NCBI GenBank assembly: GCA_964561765.1
Contig: CAZLQI010000009.1
Coordinates: 37,266-101,265 of the forward strand
Length of the DNA stretch: 64,000 nucleotides
From: an uncultured Chromatiales bacterium
GTDB lineage: Bacteria; Pseudomonadota; Gammaproteobacteria; DATFLL01
Reading direction: 5' to 3'
In this document: positions 50,360-60,332 of the stretch, piece by piece
How positions within the stretch are numbered: the stretch's first letter is position 1
Layout: each line of letters starts with the position of its first letter
Position numbers and translations under genes: made by a program
The notes under the pieces: model-generated
Told to the model about the DNA's origin: nothing
The model's input: the letters and a program-made list of their open reading frames with translations, nothing else
Databases searched by the model: none

Positions 50360-51421
50360 ATGAGCGTCAAGGTGCTGGTTGTCGATGACTCGCGGTTTTT
50401 CCAGCGTCGGGTCACAGAGATACTGAATGCCGATCCCCTGATCGAGGTTGTGGGTACCGCCGGCGATGGCGCGGAGGCCATTACGCAGGTTGTCCACCTC
50501 AAACCGGATGTGATCACGATGGATATCGAGATGCCGGTTATGGATGGCATCACGGCCGTGCGCAAGATCATGGCGCGCCACCCGGTCCCGGTGCTCATGT
50601 TCTCTTCACTGACCACTGATGGCGCACAGGCCACGCTTGATGCCCTGGATGCCGGGGCGGTGGATTTTTTGCCTAAGCGCTTTGAGGATATTTCCAAGGA
50701 TCGGGAAGAGGCCAAACGGTTGCTATGCCAGCGGGTGCGTGCCATTGCACGCACCCGTACCGCTGCGCTGCGCCGTGCCCCTGCCACGGTGGCTGGCGCG
50801 CTCCGAACGGTGCCGGTCGTAGCGCCTGTTGCGCGACACATGCCCCGCGGACGGCCCGTTAAACTGGTGGCGATCGGGACGTCGACCGGTGGTCCCGTTG
50901 CCTTGCTGGAGGTCCTGCGCAAGCTGCCTGCCAGTTGTTCGGTGCCCTTGGTGCTGGTTCAGCACATGCCGGCGACTTTTACCCCGGCGTTTGCCAAGCG
51001 CCTTGACCAGCAATGCGCGATTCGGGTTCGGGAGGCGCAGGATGGCGATCGACTCGAACCCGGTCTGGCCTTGCTGGCACCGGGTGGGAGTCAGATGAGT
51101 GTGGAACGCAACGGGCATGAGGCGCGTGTGCGTATTCGCGAGGGAACGGCGGATGAGACTTATAAACCCTCGGTGGACATTACCTTCAGTGCGGTGGCCA
51201 GGCTGTTCCCCGCCGATACCCTGGCGGTCGTTCTGACCGGCATGGGGGCCGATGGGCGTGAAGGGGTGCGTGCGCTCAAGCAGGGCGGCTCGACGGTTTG
51301 GGTTCAGGATGAGGCCAGTTGTGTGGTCTATGGTATGCCGGCTGCCGTGGCGGAGGCGGGCCTGGCGGATCAGGTGATCGCACTGCCGGAAATTGGTTCT
51401 CTTCTGGCACAACGGGTCTAG
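50360..51421 (+). CDS. cheB: chemotaxis methylesterase CheB
   Basis: Receiver domain ([10 protein letters not shown]...D56) plus a methylesterase domain with Ser/His/Asp (GTSTGGP, HMP, GMGADG). Confidence 0.95.
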   Translation: MSVKVLVVDDSRFFQRRVTEILNADPLIEVVGTAGDGAEAITQVVHLKPDVITMDIEMPVMDGITAVRKIMARHPVPVLMFSSLTTDGAQATLDALDAGAVDFLPKRFEDISKDREEAKRLLCQRVRAIARTRTAALRRAPATVAGALRTVPVVAPVARHMPRGRPVKLVAIGTSTGGPVALLEVLRKLPASCSVPLVLVQHMPATFTPAFAKRLDQQCAIRVREAQDGDRLEPGLALLAPGGSQMSVERNGHEARVRIREGTADETYKPSVDITFSAVARLFPADTLAVVLTGMGADGREGVRALKQGGSTVWVQDEASCVVYGMPAAVAEAGLADQVIALPEIGSLLAQRV

Positions 51422-51425
51422 CGTC

Positions 51426-52166
51426 GTGGATTTGCTCAGTCTCATCGGTCTGGTGCTTGGCCTCGCTGCGGTGCTGATGGGACAGTCCCTCGAAGGCGGT
51501 CACATCGACACACTGGTCAATGGGCCGGCGGCGATGATCGTCCTCGGTGGCAGCATCGGCGCTGTCATGTTGCAATCGCCGTTGGCGTTGTTTCTGCGTG
51601 CCTTGCGCATGCTGGCCTGGGTGTTCAGACCGCCGCGTCTGCAGGTGGAGTCCGCCGTGGAGAAGATCATCGGCTGGAGCGGCATCGCCCGTAAGGAGGG
51701 TTTGCTGGGTCTGGAGTCGTTGGAAGACGACGAAGACGATCCGTTTATTCGCAAGGGCCTGCAATTGCTGATCGACGGCAGTGAGCCGGAGAGTATTCGT
51801 GCGATTCTGGAGGTTGAGATCGATGCCAAGGAGCACTTCGATATGCAGGCGGCGAAGATTTTCGAGAGTATGGGCGGCTATACCCCGACGCTGGGCATCA
51901 TCGGTGCGGTCATGGGTCTGATCCATGTCATGGGCAACCTGTCCAATCCGGCGAAACTTGGCAGCGGGATCGCCGTGGCCTTTGTTGCCACGATTTACGG
52001 TGTCGGTATGGCCAATATGATCCTGATTCCGATGGCAAAGAAACTCCTGATCCTGGTGAGACAGCACAGTCAGTTTCGCGAGATGATTGTCGAGGGTATG
52101 GTGTCCATCGCCGAGGGTGAAAATCCGCGCAATATCGAGACCAAACTGCAGGGATACCTGCACTGA
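51426..52166 (+). CDS. motC: flagellar stator protein MotC (second MotA-type stator)
   Basis: Aligns end to end with P. aeruginosa MotC from a GTG start (VDLLSLIG ~ MDVLSLIG); the upstream ATG at 51393 lies inside cheB. Confidence 0.85.
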   Translation: MDLLSLIGLVLGLAAVLMGQSLEGGHIDTLVNGPAAMIVLGGSIGAVMLQSPLALFLRALRMLAWVFRPPRLQVESAVEKIIGWSGIARKEGLLGLESLEDDEDDPFIRKGLQLLIDGSEPESIRAILEVEIDAKEHFDMQAAKIFESMGGYTPTLGIIGAVMGLIHVMGNLSNPAKLGSGIAVAFVATIYGVGMANMILIPMAKKLLILVRQHSQFREMIVEGMVSIAEGENPRNIETKLQGYLH

Positions 52167-52203
52167 GGCGCCGTGTGTTGCGCCACGGGTGGATGATACA
52201 ACC

Positions 52204-53073
52204 ATGTCTCGCAGGAAGCCAAAGCATGAAGAGAACGAGAATCTAGACCGCTGGTTGGTGTCCTATGCCGATTTTATCACCCTGTTGTTTGCGTTTTTCG
52301 TCGTGATGTATTCGATCTCCTCGGTCAATGAAGGAAAGTATCGCGTATTGTCGGACTCGATCATTGCCGCATTTCGAACGCCACAGAAAAGCACCAAACC
52401 CATCAGCCTCAGTCCTAAGGCGAAGTCGGTCATGATCAACGAAGGTGCCCCGGTTAGAGCACCGCTGATCCAGATACCCCATGCGCCGGGATTGCAGATG
52501 CAACACATCGCCAGCCAGCTGCGGGATGCGCTGCGCCCGTTGATCGATAAAAAACTGATCAAGGTCTCCAGCAACAAACTATGGGTTGAGGTGGAGATGA
52601 GCACTCACATCCTGTTTCCTAGTGGCAGTGCGGTGCTGGAGAGCACGGCAACGCCCGTTCTGCGCGCCTTGGCCGGTGTGTTGAATAAGTTGCCCAACCC
52701 CGTGCAGGTCGAAGGATATACGGATAATGTGCCGATCAGCACTCTGGTCTATCCTTCCAACTGGGAACTCTCCACAGCGCGCGCCTCCAGTGTGGTGCGC
52801 CTGTTTATGCGGGCTGGCGTGGACCCCGGGCACATGGCCGCGATCGGCTATGGTGAGTATCGCCCGCTGGCCAGCAACGCGACGGCGGCGGGGCGCAGCC
52901 GTAACCGCCGTGTCGTGGTGGTGATCCTGGCCAATAAAAAGGCCCGTCATGTACTGGAAACCGGGCGGGGCGTAGCGCCGACCAGCACTGCGCTAACTGG
53001 CGGGCCGGCACGCGCACCGAGTCAGCCCGTTATTGCCACGCCGGGTGTCGCAGGCCGGAGGACGATACCATGA
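52204..53073 (+). CDS. motD: flagellar stator protein MotD (second MotB-type stator, OmpA domain)
   Basis: TM with the conserved Asp (WLVSYADFITLLFAFFVVMY) and a C-terminal OmpA-like domain (EGYTDNVPI...NWELSTARASSVVR). Confidence 0.85.
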   Translation: MSRRKPKHEENENLDRWLVSYADFITLLFAFFVVMYSISSVNEGKYRVLSDSIIAAFRTPQKSTKPISLSPKAKSVMINEGAPVRAPLIQIPHAPGLQMQHIASQLRDALRPLIDKKLIKVSSNKLWVEVEMSTHILFPSGSAVLESTATPVLRALAGVLNKLPNPVQVEGYTDNVPISTLVYPSNWELSTARASSVVRLFMRAGVDPGHMAAIGYGEYRPLASNATAAGRSRNRRVVVVILANKKARHVLETGRGVAPTSTALTGGPARAPSQPVIATPGVAGRRTIP

Positions 53074-53852
53074 GGATCTGGGCCGTCGCCAATCAGAAGG
53101 GAGGTGTGGGTAAGACCACTACCGCCGTTACCCTGGCGGGACATTTGTGCCGGATGGGCAGTGCCACATTGCTGGTCGACCTTGACCCGCATGGCTCGAT
53201 GACGGCGTACTTCGGCCATGATCCGGACGCGATCGAACGCGGTGTCTATCAACTCTTTCAGTCCGAAGCCTTGCCAACCACCGCGCTCATTGTGCCGACC
53301 GCGAACGAGGGCTTGTCGCTGATGCCGGCCACCACGGCCCTGGCCACGCTGGATCGTCAACTGGGCACTCAGGAGGGCAAGGGGTTGGTGATTTTGCACG
53401 CCTTGAAAGGGCTCGATGCACACTATGAGCATGTCATTATCGATTGTCCACCAGTCCTGGGTATCCTGATGATCAATGCCCTGGCGGCGTGCCAGCACCT
53501 TCTGGTGCCGGTGCAGACCGAGTTTCTTGCACTCAAAGGGCTGGAACGCATTATTCACACTCTGGAGATGATCACGCGCTCGCGCCGCCAGCACTTGCCC
53601 TACACCATTGTGCCGACGATGTTCGACCGCCGCACACGTGCCTCCATCAGCAGCCTGCGCGCGCTGCGCAAGCGCTATGGCGAGGAACTCTGGGACGGGG
53701 TCATTCCGGTCGATACACGCTTTCGTGAGGCGAGTATGCACGGTCAGCCCCTGTCCATCATGCAGCCGCACTCGCGCGGTGCGCTTGCCTATGGGACCTT
53801 GCTCGAACGACTGCTTGCGCAGAGCCCGGTCAGGCATCTCAACGTGGTATAG
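53070..53852 (+). CDS. ParA/MinD-family ATPase of the chemotaxis cluster (ParC-like)
   Basis: Deviant Walker A NQKGGVGKTT; position motD-parA-cheW as in Pseudomonas and Vibrio. Confidence 0.85.
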   Translation: MRIWAVANQKGGVGKTTTAVTLAGHLCRMGSATLLVDLDPHGSMTAYFGHDPDAIERGVYQLFQSEALPTTALIVPTANEGLSLMPATTALATLDRQLGTQEGKGLVILHALKGLDAHYEHVIIDCPPVLGILMINALAACQHLLVPVQTEFLALKGLERIIHTLEMITRSRRQHLPYTIVPTMFDRRTRASISSLRALRKRYGEELWDGVIPVDTRFREASMHGQPLSIMQPHSRGALAYGTLLERLLAQSPVRHLNVV

Positions 53853-53856
53853 GTCC

Positions 53857-54612
53857 ATGGCAAAAGACAACATACTGGTTGATCAGAAGCTCGCGCTGTC
53901 CCTGTTTCTGGACGCCCTGTTACACGAGCCGGCCCCGGAATCGGTAGTGGCGCCGGAACGGGTGACGACACTCCCTGAGCAGACCCCGCCGTCACTTGCC
54001 GTACTCAGACCGGTGCGGGTCCCACCGCAACAGCTGCCTCCTGTTGCCTTGCCCGAACCTGCGCTCAAGACACCGCTGACCCCTCCCGTTGTGTCCCTGC
54101 CCAGGAGTGGCGCACCTGCGCTGGCAACGCCGGATGCCGCGACCGAGGTGCTGCGCCCGGATTGGGCTACCGAGGCGTTTCAGATCCTGCTGTTCAAAGT
54201 GGCCGGACTGGGGCTGGCGGTGCCACTCATCGAACTCAATGGCATCGTTGAATGGACCGACGCGGTGACCCCCTTGCCCGGTCATGCCGATTTCTACCTC
54301 GGTCTGCTACAACATCGGGATTGCAGCGTGCCGGTGGTGGACCCCGCTCGTCTGGTTTTGCCTGCGCAGCAGTTTGCGGCCCTGACGCAGGACCCGCGCG
54401 AGCGCGTGCGCCGTATCGTGCTCATTGACGAGGGGCGTTGGGGGTTGGCCTGCGATCAGGTCAGCGAGGTCATCACGGTCAAGCCTGAGCAAGTGCGCTG
54501 GCGCGGTCGCCGCACACAACGCCGCTGGCTGGCCGGTACCGTGATCGATCATATGTGTGCTTTGCTCGACACCCAGGCGTTTGCCCGCTTGCTGGAGTCC
54601 GGGTGGGGATAG
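53857..54612 (+). CDS. CheW-domain protein with a Pro-rich N-terminal extension
   Basis: C-terminal CheW-like domain (FQILLFKVAGLGLAVPLIELNGIVEW...); start at ATG 53857 (MAKDNILVDQ). Confidence 0.7.
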   Translation: MAKDNILVDQKLALSLFLDALLHEPAPESVVAPERVTTLPEQTPPSLAVLRPVRVPPQQLPPVALPEPALKTPLTPPVVSLPRSGAPALATPDAATEVLRPDWATEAFQILLFKVAGLGLAVPLIELNGIVEWTDAVTPLPGHADFYLGLLQHRDCSVPVVDPARLVLPAQQFAALTQDPRERVRRIVLIDEGRWGLACDQVSEVITVKPEQVRWRGRRTQRRWLAGTVIDHMCALLDTQAFARLLESGWG

Positions 54613-54753
54613 GGTGCCAGGCAGGGGATAACGTCGATATTGAACCAGTTTATGGCATGTATCGTGCTTATATTTTTGTACAAATGCCTTCAGCGCCGGG
54701 GCTTTGACGCCCGCAGATCGGTGCGTGACAACCGAATCTCAGGAGAATGACTG

Positions 54754-55233
54754 ATGAATCAGGCTGTGGAAACCAACAATGCCCCGCTGAGCCAGTGGGT
54801 GACCTTCCGGCTGGATGCCGAGAAATACGGCATCAATGTCATGAGCGTGCAGGAGGTGCTGCGCATGACCGAGATCGCCCCCGTGCCGGGTGCCCCCGAT
54901 TATGTGCTGGGCATCATCAATTTGCGCGGCAATGTCGTGACGGTGATCGATACCCGCAAGCGCTTTGGACTCAGCGACAAGGAAGCCGATGAGCAGACCC
55001 GTATCGTGATCATCGAGGCCGAGAATCAGGTCGTGGGCATACTGGTCGACAGCGTTGCCGAAGTGGCTGATCTTCAGGGGTCCCAGATCGAGTCGGCACC
55101 CAATGTCGGAAATGATGAAAGCGCCCGGTACATCCAGGGGGTGTCCTCGCAGGAGAGCGAACTTCTGATCCTGATCGATGTGAACAAGTTGCTCTCGGAT
55201 GACGAATGGGAGGAGGTGGCGGCCGCGTTGTAG
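54754..55233 (+). CDS. cheW: chemotaxis coupling protein CheW
   Basis: 159 aa canonical CheW (WVTFRLDAEKYGINVMSVQEVLR...GIINLRGNVVTVID). Confidence 0.9.
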   Translation: MNQAVETNNAPLSQWVTFRLDAEKYGINVMSVQEVLRMTEIAPVPGAPDYVLGIINLRGNVVTVIDTRKRFGLSDKEADEQTRIVIIEAENQVVGILVDSVAEVADLQGSQIESAPNVGNDESARYIQGVSSQESELLILIDVNKLLSDDEWEEVAAAL

Positions 55234-55497
55234 GCCGCCGTCCGTGTCGCCGTGGCCGAGATAGGGGACCTTAACCCGCTCGGTCCGATCCGCCCGACTC
55301 GTGCCCCCGGGCCACGCAAGGAACGGCGGCAGGTGCCATCCCGGCCGCCAGACAGAAAAGGCGATGACGATGATGGACCGGGTGATAACCCGCAGGGAGA
55401 GTCCGATGAGAACAAGCGGCCACCCCATATCGATGAGTATGTGTGAGGCGATGGCCGGGGATGGTTGTCGACGAACGGATGAGGAGGCGCCTGAGTC

Positions 55498-55914
55498 ATG
55501 ATGAGCGCACTGTTTTCGCTGACCGACCCCTGGTTACCCGTGGCCGGCGTGGTTACCTCCGTCGTATTGCTGCTGGTGACGCTCGTGGTGCTGAGCGCGG
55601 TCGTGCGCCGTATGCGCCGGCGTCTGTTGCACCAGGATGAGAGGATTTCGGCCCTGCGCCAGGATCTGCGTGCCCTGACCACCGCCGCGGTTGGGGTCGG
55701 TGAGCGGGTACTGGGCGCCGAGCGCCGGCAACGCCGTCTTGCCGAGCGCCAGGACCAGCTCGACCTCTACGATGCCGCCAACCAGCCCTACGAACAGGCC
55801 ATCCGTCTCGTGCACAAGGGGGCCGGTGTCGATGAACTGGTCGATATCTGCGGCCTCAATCTTGGCGAGGCGGAACTTATCCGCATGCTCCACCGGTTAG
55901 ACAAGAGCGCTTGA
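55498..55914 (+). CDS. DUF2802-like small membrane protein (flagellar-cluster associated)
   Basis: N-terminal TM plus a charged coiled-coil; position after cheW as in Pseudomonas; family assignment is from memory. Confidence 0.5.
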   Translation: MMSALFSLTDPWLPVAGVVTSVVLLLVTLVVLSAVVRRMRRRLLHQDERISALRQDLRALTTAAVGVGERVLGAERRQRRLAERQDQLDLYDAANQPYEQAIRLVHKGAGVDELVDICGLNLGEAELIRMLHRLDKSA

Positions 55915-55973
55915 GTTCGTATCGGTGTCGATACCGACCCCTCGGCCCGCGTTGAAGGCGTGGCGGTTCTGCG

Positions 55974-56264
55974 CTAGGGCGTGGTCGCCGGGGGGGGCTC
56001 GCGCCCGCGCACCTGATAGGCAAAGGCAATGATCTCGGCGACCGCCACATACAGCTCATAGGGAATTTCGCTGCCCAGTTCCAGGTGCGACAAGAGCTGT
56101 ACCATCTCCCGATCCTCGCGCAGGGGCACCCCGTGTTCCTCGGCCAGGGCGAGGATCTGTTCGGCGACCAGTCCCGCCCCCTTGGCGGTGACGCGCGGGG
56201 CGCCGCTGCCGTCATAGTGCAGGGCGACGGCGAGGGTCGGTGGCGTGTCCTGTGGTTCATTCAT
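55974..56264 (-). CDS. FlhB C-terminal-domain-like protein (EscU/YscU/HrcU family, soluble)
   Basis: RVTAKGAGLVAEQILALAEEHGVPLREDREMVQLL...IPYELYVAVAEIIAFAY parallels the FlhB cytoplasmic domain in this window (VVAKGADLVAAKIRGIAAKVKVPIVSAPPLARAIF...VPAALYMAVAQVLAYVF). Confidence 0.75.
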   Translation of the reverse strand: MNEPQDTPPTLAVALHYDGSGAPRVTAKGAGLVAEQILALAEEHGVPLREDREMVQLLSHLELGSEIPYELYVAVAEIIAFAYQVRGREPPPATTP

Positions 56265-57589
56265 GCCTTTTCGTTCACCAGACCGGAGGGGGGCGGGGGT
56301 GGGATGTCACTCGGTATGCCGTCCTGGCAACCCAGCCGGCCGACCTGCAGTCCGGCGGTGCCCAGGTGGGTGCGCAAGGTGGCCAACTCGGCGTCGAAAC
56401 GCTGGCGTGTCATGGGCCGTTCGACCCAGAACTGGGCGCTCACCTGGCCATCGTACAGACTGACATGGACGCGTACTGCGCCCAGTTCGCTGAGGTTAAA
56501 GGCCAGGATGACCGACCAGACGGCAGAGCGCGTACTGGTTACCTTCCGCTCACCTGCGTCGCGTTGGATATGCAGCTCGAACAAATCGATCTGTGGTCCG
56601 TTGTGCAGGGGGAGTTCCATGGCCCAGATGGCACGGGTGGCCTCAGCGCTGGATTGGGAGGACTGAGATTGAGATTGGGGCTGGGACTGGATCTGGTGGA
56701 GCTGGATGCGCGCCAGGGCCCCTTCGATCTGCTGGAGCAGTTCATGTCCGGCTGCGCTCGGCGGTAGGGTGGCCAGGGTAGGCGCAGCCTGTGGCTGGGG
56801 ATGCGGCGATGTGCCCCGCAAGGGGGCCGGGGTAACGGCGGGAGGCACAGAGGCAGACTTTGCCTGGGCGCCGGGGAGGGCAGCGGACTGCGGTGGGGTC
56901 GCAGGGGGTTGTGCGCGACTGGCCTGCAAGGTCGCCGCCAGTCGCAGTAGTCCGGCACGCAGATCGCCGCCCAGCAGTTGCGCGGCCTGGCGCTGCAGGC
57001 CGTCGGGCTGGGTGCCTGGCGTCGCGCTCAACAAACGGGCAAGACGACCCTCCAGGAACACGCCGCTGTCCTGCAGGGCCTGTTTCAGGCCATCGGGGTG
57101 ACTGGCCTGTGCACTATCGGGCAGCAGGCGCAGCCATTGCTGCAGCTGTTCGATAACCGGACGGGACAAGGCCGTGGTGAGGCCGGTCGTCGCCGTCTGT
57201 GCCGGACCGGAGCGGGTGCCCGCCGCGCTGTCGGCCAGCAGCCTCAGATTGGCGAGCAGCGGTGCCAGCGAGGTCTGTCGGGGAAGCAGTATCCGCAGGG
57301 CCTGTTCGGCCGGGTTTTTCCTGTCGGTGGCGGTCAGGATGCGCAGAATGGGGGGGTCACTGCGTGGCTGGACGACTTCCAGCCTCAAGTGCTGGCCGAC
57401 CTGCAGCGGGGCCTGGGTGCGGGCCAGGACATGCTGGCGACCCACCGCCAGCACCGCACCTTGGTCGACCAGTCGCAGGACCGTCGCCAGCAGTTTGTCG
57501 CCGGCCTGCCAGGGGCGCGTGTTCAGCGCCTCCGCGCCCGGATTCTGGGACGGCGCGGGTGGTGGCAAGGGTGGGCCGTTAATCTGCAT
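56261..57589 (-). CDS. FliK-like hook-length-control family protein (second copy)
   Basis: Pro/Gln/Ala-rich body with a C-terminal Flg_hook-type domain (VILAFNLSELGAVRVHVSLYDGQVSAQFWVERPMTRQRFDAELATLRTHLGTAGLQVGRL); stop overlaps the FlhB-like start. Confidence 0.7.
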   Translation of the reverse strand: MQINGPPLPPPAPSQNPGAEALNTRPWQAGDKLLATVLRLVDQGAVLAVGRQHVLARTQAPLQVGQHLRLEVVQPRSDPPILRILTATDRKNPAEQALRILLPRQTSLAPLLANLRLLADSAAGTRSGPAQTATTGLTTALSRPVIEQLQQWLRLLPDSAQASHPDGLKQALQDSGVFLEGRLARLLSATPGTQPDGLQRQAAQLLGGDLRAGLLRLAATLQASRAQPPATPPQSAALPGAQAKSASVPPAVTPAPLRGTSPHPQPQAAPTLATLPPSAAGHELLQQIEGALARIQLHQIQSQPQSQSQSSQSSAEATRAIWAMELPLHNGPQIDLFELHIQRDAGERKVTSTRSAVWSVILAFNLSELGAVRVHVSLYDGQVSAQFWVERPMTRQRFDAELATLRTHLGTAGLQVGRLGCQDGIPSDIPPPPPSGLVNEKA

Positions 57590-57764
57590 AGTCCTGAGAA
57601 CCTGACGCTTGGCATTGGCCGTGGTTGTCGGTGTGCTTTATGATGCCAGTATCCCACATCGTAAAGGCCAATAATAATCAATAAGCATAGCCAGTTAGTG
57701 CAGGAACCACAGGCGCGCAACAGACGCTGAACCCGGTGGCGGGTACCCGCAGCGAGGAGGCTCG

Positions 57765-58721
57765 ATGGCACACAATAATCTCTGGTACGTTCGGCGCGGG
57801 CGCACGCTCAAGGGGCCGTTCCCGGCCGGTCTGATCTCGCGTTATATCCTGCTGGAGCGGATTCGTCTGAGTGACGAACTGAGTCAGGATCGCACGACCT
57901 GGAAGCCGGTGAAGGCGTGTGCCGAGTTGATCCCGGAGGTGCTGAAGGCCGATCCGGAGGATGAGGACGCCCAGCGTCGGCTTGAGGCGGCCCGGCGCTG
58001 GGCGGATGAACGGCGTGGGGAGGATCAGCGGGCCTGGGGGGGCGCCGGGGATCAGCCTGGAGAGGTGGCCGAGGTGGCCGAGGTGCGCGATGCGGGCGAG
58101 CGGCGTAGTGCGGAGCGCCGGCGCACGGAGTCGGAGGAGCAGGCCCAGTTCCGCCAGATCCATCAGCGCTTGATCGGGGCAGCGCACCAGAAGCAGCACT
58201 ACCTGTTGCAGTTGTCGATGATCCTCATCGTGGTGGCGGTGGTCATCGGTGCGGCCATGTATTACACACCGAGCAAGACGATAAATACGGCGGACTGCAC
58301 GGCGCCGCCGGGCCTTGGGGTCAACTGGAGCAATTGCAGGTTACAGGGTATTCAGGTGCCGGGGAAAGATCTGCGCGGGGCACATCTCAATAGCACTGAT
58401 GCCTCGGGTAGTGACCTCGCCGGTACCAATTTGCGCCAGGCGGTGTTGTCCTACGCCGATCTGAGTCTCGCCAATCTGCGGGGTGCCGATCTGCGTGACG
58501 CACAGTTGGTCGGTACCAATCTGCGCCGGGCCAATCTGGCCCAGGCAGATCTGCGCCGAGCCAATCTTACCTATGCCGATCTCACCGGTGCCCGCCTGAC
58601 GGGAGCGCAGTTGCAGGGCGCACGCCTGGATCACGCCATCTGGGTGGATGGTCAGACCTGTCAGCCGGGCTCGTTGGGGCGTTGCCTGACCGGGGTCCCC
58701 GCCGTGCCGCCCGTTCGTTAG
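57765..58721 (+). CDS. GYF-like (DUF4339) domain - TM - pentapeptide-repeat protein
   Basis: N-terminal WYVRRGRTLKGPFPAGLISRYILLERIRLSDELSQD (DUF4339/GYF-like), Arg/Glu-rich linker, TM helix, then about 14 A(D/N)LxG pentapeptide repeats. Confidence 0.75.
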   Translation: MAHNNLWYVRRGRTLKGPFPAGLISRYILLERIRLSDELSQDRTTWKPVKACAELIPEVLKADPEDEDAQRRLEAARRWADERRGEDQRAWGGAGDQPGEVAEVAEVRDAGERRSAERRRTESEEQAQFRQIHQRLIGAAHQKQHYLLQLSMILIVVAVVIGAAMYYTPSKTINTADCTAPPGLGVNWSNCRLQGIQVPGKDLRGAHLNSTDASGSDLAGTNLRQAVLSYADLSLANLRGADLRDAQLVGTNLRRANLAQADLRRANLTYADLTGARLTGAQLQGARLDHAIWVDGQTCQPGSLGRCLTGVPAVPPVR

Positions 58722-58747
58722 CCATTGCCCCCCAATCGTTGGCCGGT

Positions 58748-59320
58748 TCAGTCGACCGTCTCCACCGTGTAGCTCGCAATGTGCAGCGTATCAGACCAGT
58801 AGTCGGCGGGCAGACCGGCCTTGCGTTTGAGCGCCTGTATGAACTGCGCGGGATCGGGCAGGCTGCTCCAGACCGAGGGCAGGAAAGTGGCGCGATGTGC
58901 CCGATCTTCGAGGATGAGTCCATCGATGCCGGGTCGCAACCGTGCGCATAGTGTGGCCTCGTTGGGCACCGTCAGCACGTGCGGTGGCTGAAGTATTGAG
59001 ATGTGCAGGTGCAGTTCGGCGCGTTCGGTGGTGGTGAGCGGGTTGAAACGCGGATCACGAAAGGCCGCGGCATAGGCATTGTCACTGACATCGTGCGCCA
59101 GGGGACGGCAGGCCTCCAGGCTGCCGATGCAGCCGCGCAGTGCGTCGTGCAGGGTCAGAGTGACAAAACTGGCACGCCAGGCCTGCAGGGCGGATGGGCA
59201 GGTCGTGCTGTCGAGTGCGGGAGGATGGCCGGTATGCAGACCCTGATCGATGGCCTGGGTAGCCAGGGTCAGTAGGGTGTGGCGGTCAGCGGTGCTCAGC
59301 AGGATGTGATGAGGGTTCAT
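58748..59320 (-). CDS. amrA: AmmeMemoRadiSam system protein A (AMMECR1 domain)
   Basis: AMMECR1 core (ASFVTLTLHDALRGCIGSLEACRPL...); adjacent to MEMO1 and radical-SAM partners. Confidence 0.85.
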   Translation of the reverse strand: MNPHHILLSTADRHTLLTLATQAIDQGLHTGHPPALDSTTCPSALQAWRASFVTLTLHDALRGCIGSLEACRPLAHDVSDNAYAAAFRDPRFNPLTTTERAELHLHISILQPPHVLTVPNEATLCARLRPGIDGLILEDRAHRATFLPSVWSSLPDPAQFIQALKRKAGLPADYWSDTLHIASYTVETVD

Positions 59321-60159
59321 GAAGGCGGCAGGGCGTCAGTGTGGCCCTCCCCCGAAGACACCGCCCAGAAGGCGAAGGCGCCATAGCCGACGACACGATC
59401 CTGTGGCCCGGCGGTATCGCCGGAGTTGCGCAGGTCCAGTGTCCGGGCCTGTAGCCCGTGTTGTCGGGCGAAATACAACAGCCCGTTGATGGGGTCACGG
59501 CCGCAGGCGTCCTCATAGCCGATGGTCTCCGGGTGCAGCTGTTCGATAGCACTGGCAGTGGCCTGATCGCGCCAGCGGGCCGTCTCATAGTCGTGGTAGT
59601 GGCTCAGATCGGAGCTGATGACGATCAGGGTTTCCGCTCCGCCCCATACCCTCTCCAGTACCTGTGCGACTGCGCCCGGTTCGGCCCTGCCCACCACCAG
59701 CGGTACCAGCGTGCATTCACCCAGCACCACCTGCAGGAAAGGCAGGTGCACCTCCAGACTGTGTTCCAGCGCATGGGCTTCATCGAACGGATGTACCTGG
59801 GGCAGGGTGAGTAACCGATCCAGGGTCGCCCGGTCGAGGGTTATGGCGCCCAGCGGTGTGTCGAAGGCGCTGGCGCTGCTCGTGGCCAGGCCTGAAAATG
59901 ACACCCGATGCGCCGGGCCGAGCAGAACCACACGCTTGACCGTGCCGCGCAGAGGACGCAGGCGCACATAGGCGCTGGCCGCGACCGGCCCGGAATAGAT
60001 ATACCCGGCATGTGGTGCAATGATGGCCTTAGGTGGTGCTGTATCATCGTGCACCACCGCGTGTAAATAGCCTTCCACCGCACTTTGCAGTGCCTGTGCC
60101 TCTTCGGGATAGAACAGGCCAGCGACGGCAGGGGGGCGTACACAGGTGTGGCTGGACAT
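59317..60159 (-). CDS. amrB: AmmeMemoRadiSam system protein B (MEMO1 family)
   Basis: MEMO1 signature (RPPAVAGLFYPEE..., IIAPHAGYIYSGPVAA, ISSDLSHYH); start at MSSHTC. Confidence 0.85.
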   Translation of the reverse strand: MSSHTCVRPPAVAGLFYPEEAQALQSAVEGYLHAVVHDDTAPPKAIIAPHAGYIYSGPVAASAYVRLRPLRGTVKRVVLLGPAHRVSFSGLATSSASAFDTPLGAITLDRATLDRLLTLPQVHPFDEAHALEHSLEVHLPFLQVVLGECTLVPLVVGRAEPGAVAQVLERVWGGAETLIVISSDLSHYHDYETARWRDQATASAIEQLHPETIGYEDACGRDPINGLLYFARQHGLQARTLDLRNSGDTAGPQDRVVGYGAFAFWAVSSGEGHTDALPPS

Positions 60160-60332
60160 AGCGGAAACTTCCGACACAGACCGATGAGGGTCTCAGAGGC
60201 AAGTATAGCGTGCGGTGCTGATCGGCGATGGGTCGGGTGACGGGCGGGTCGATGTGCCGGTAGGGTCGGCGTCGCTGAACTATGCTTGATCTATCGGTTT
60301 GCGGAATCAAGGTGCCAGGAGGGGCGGCGACA

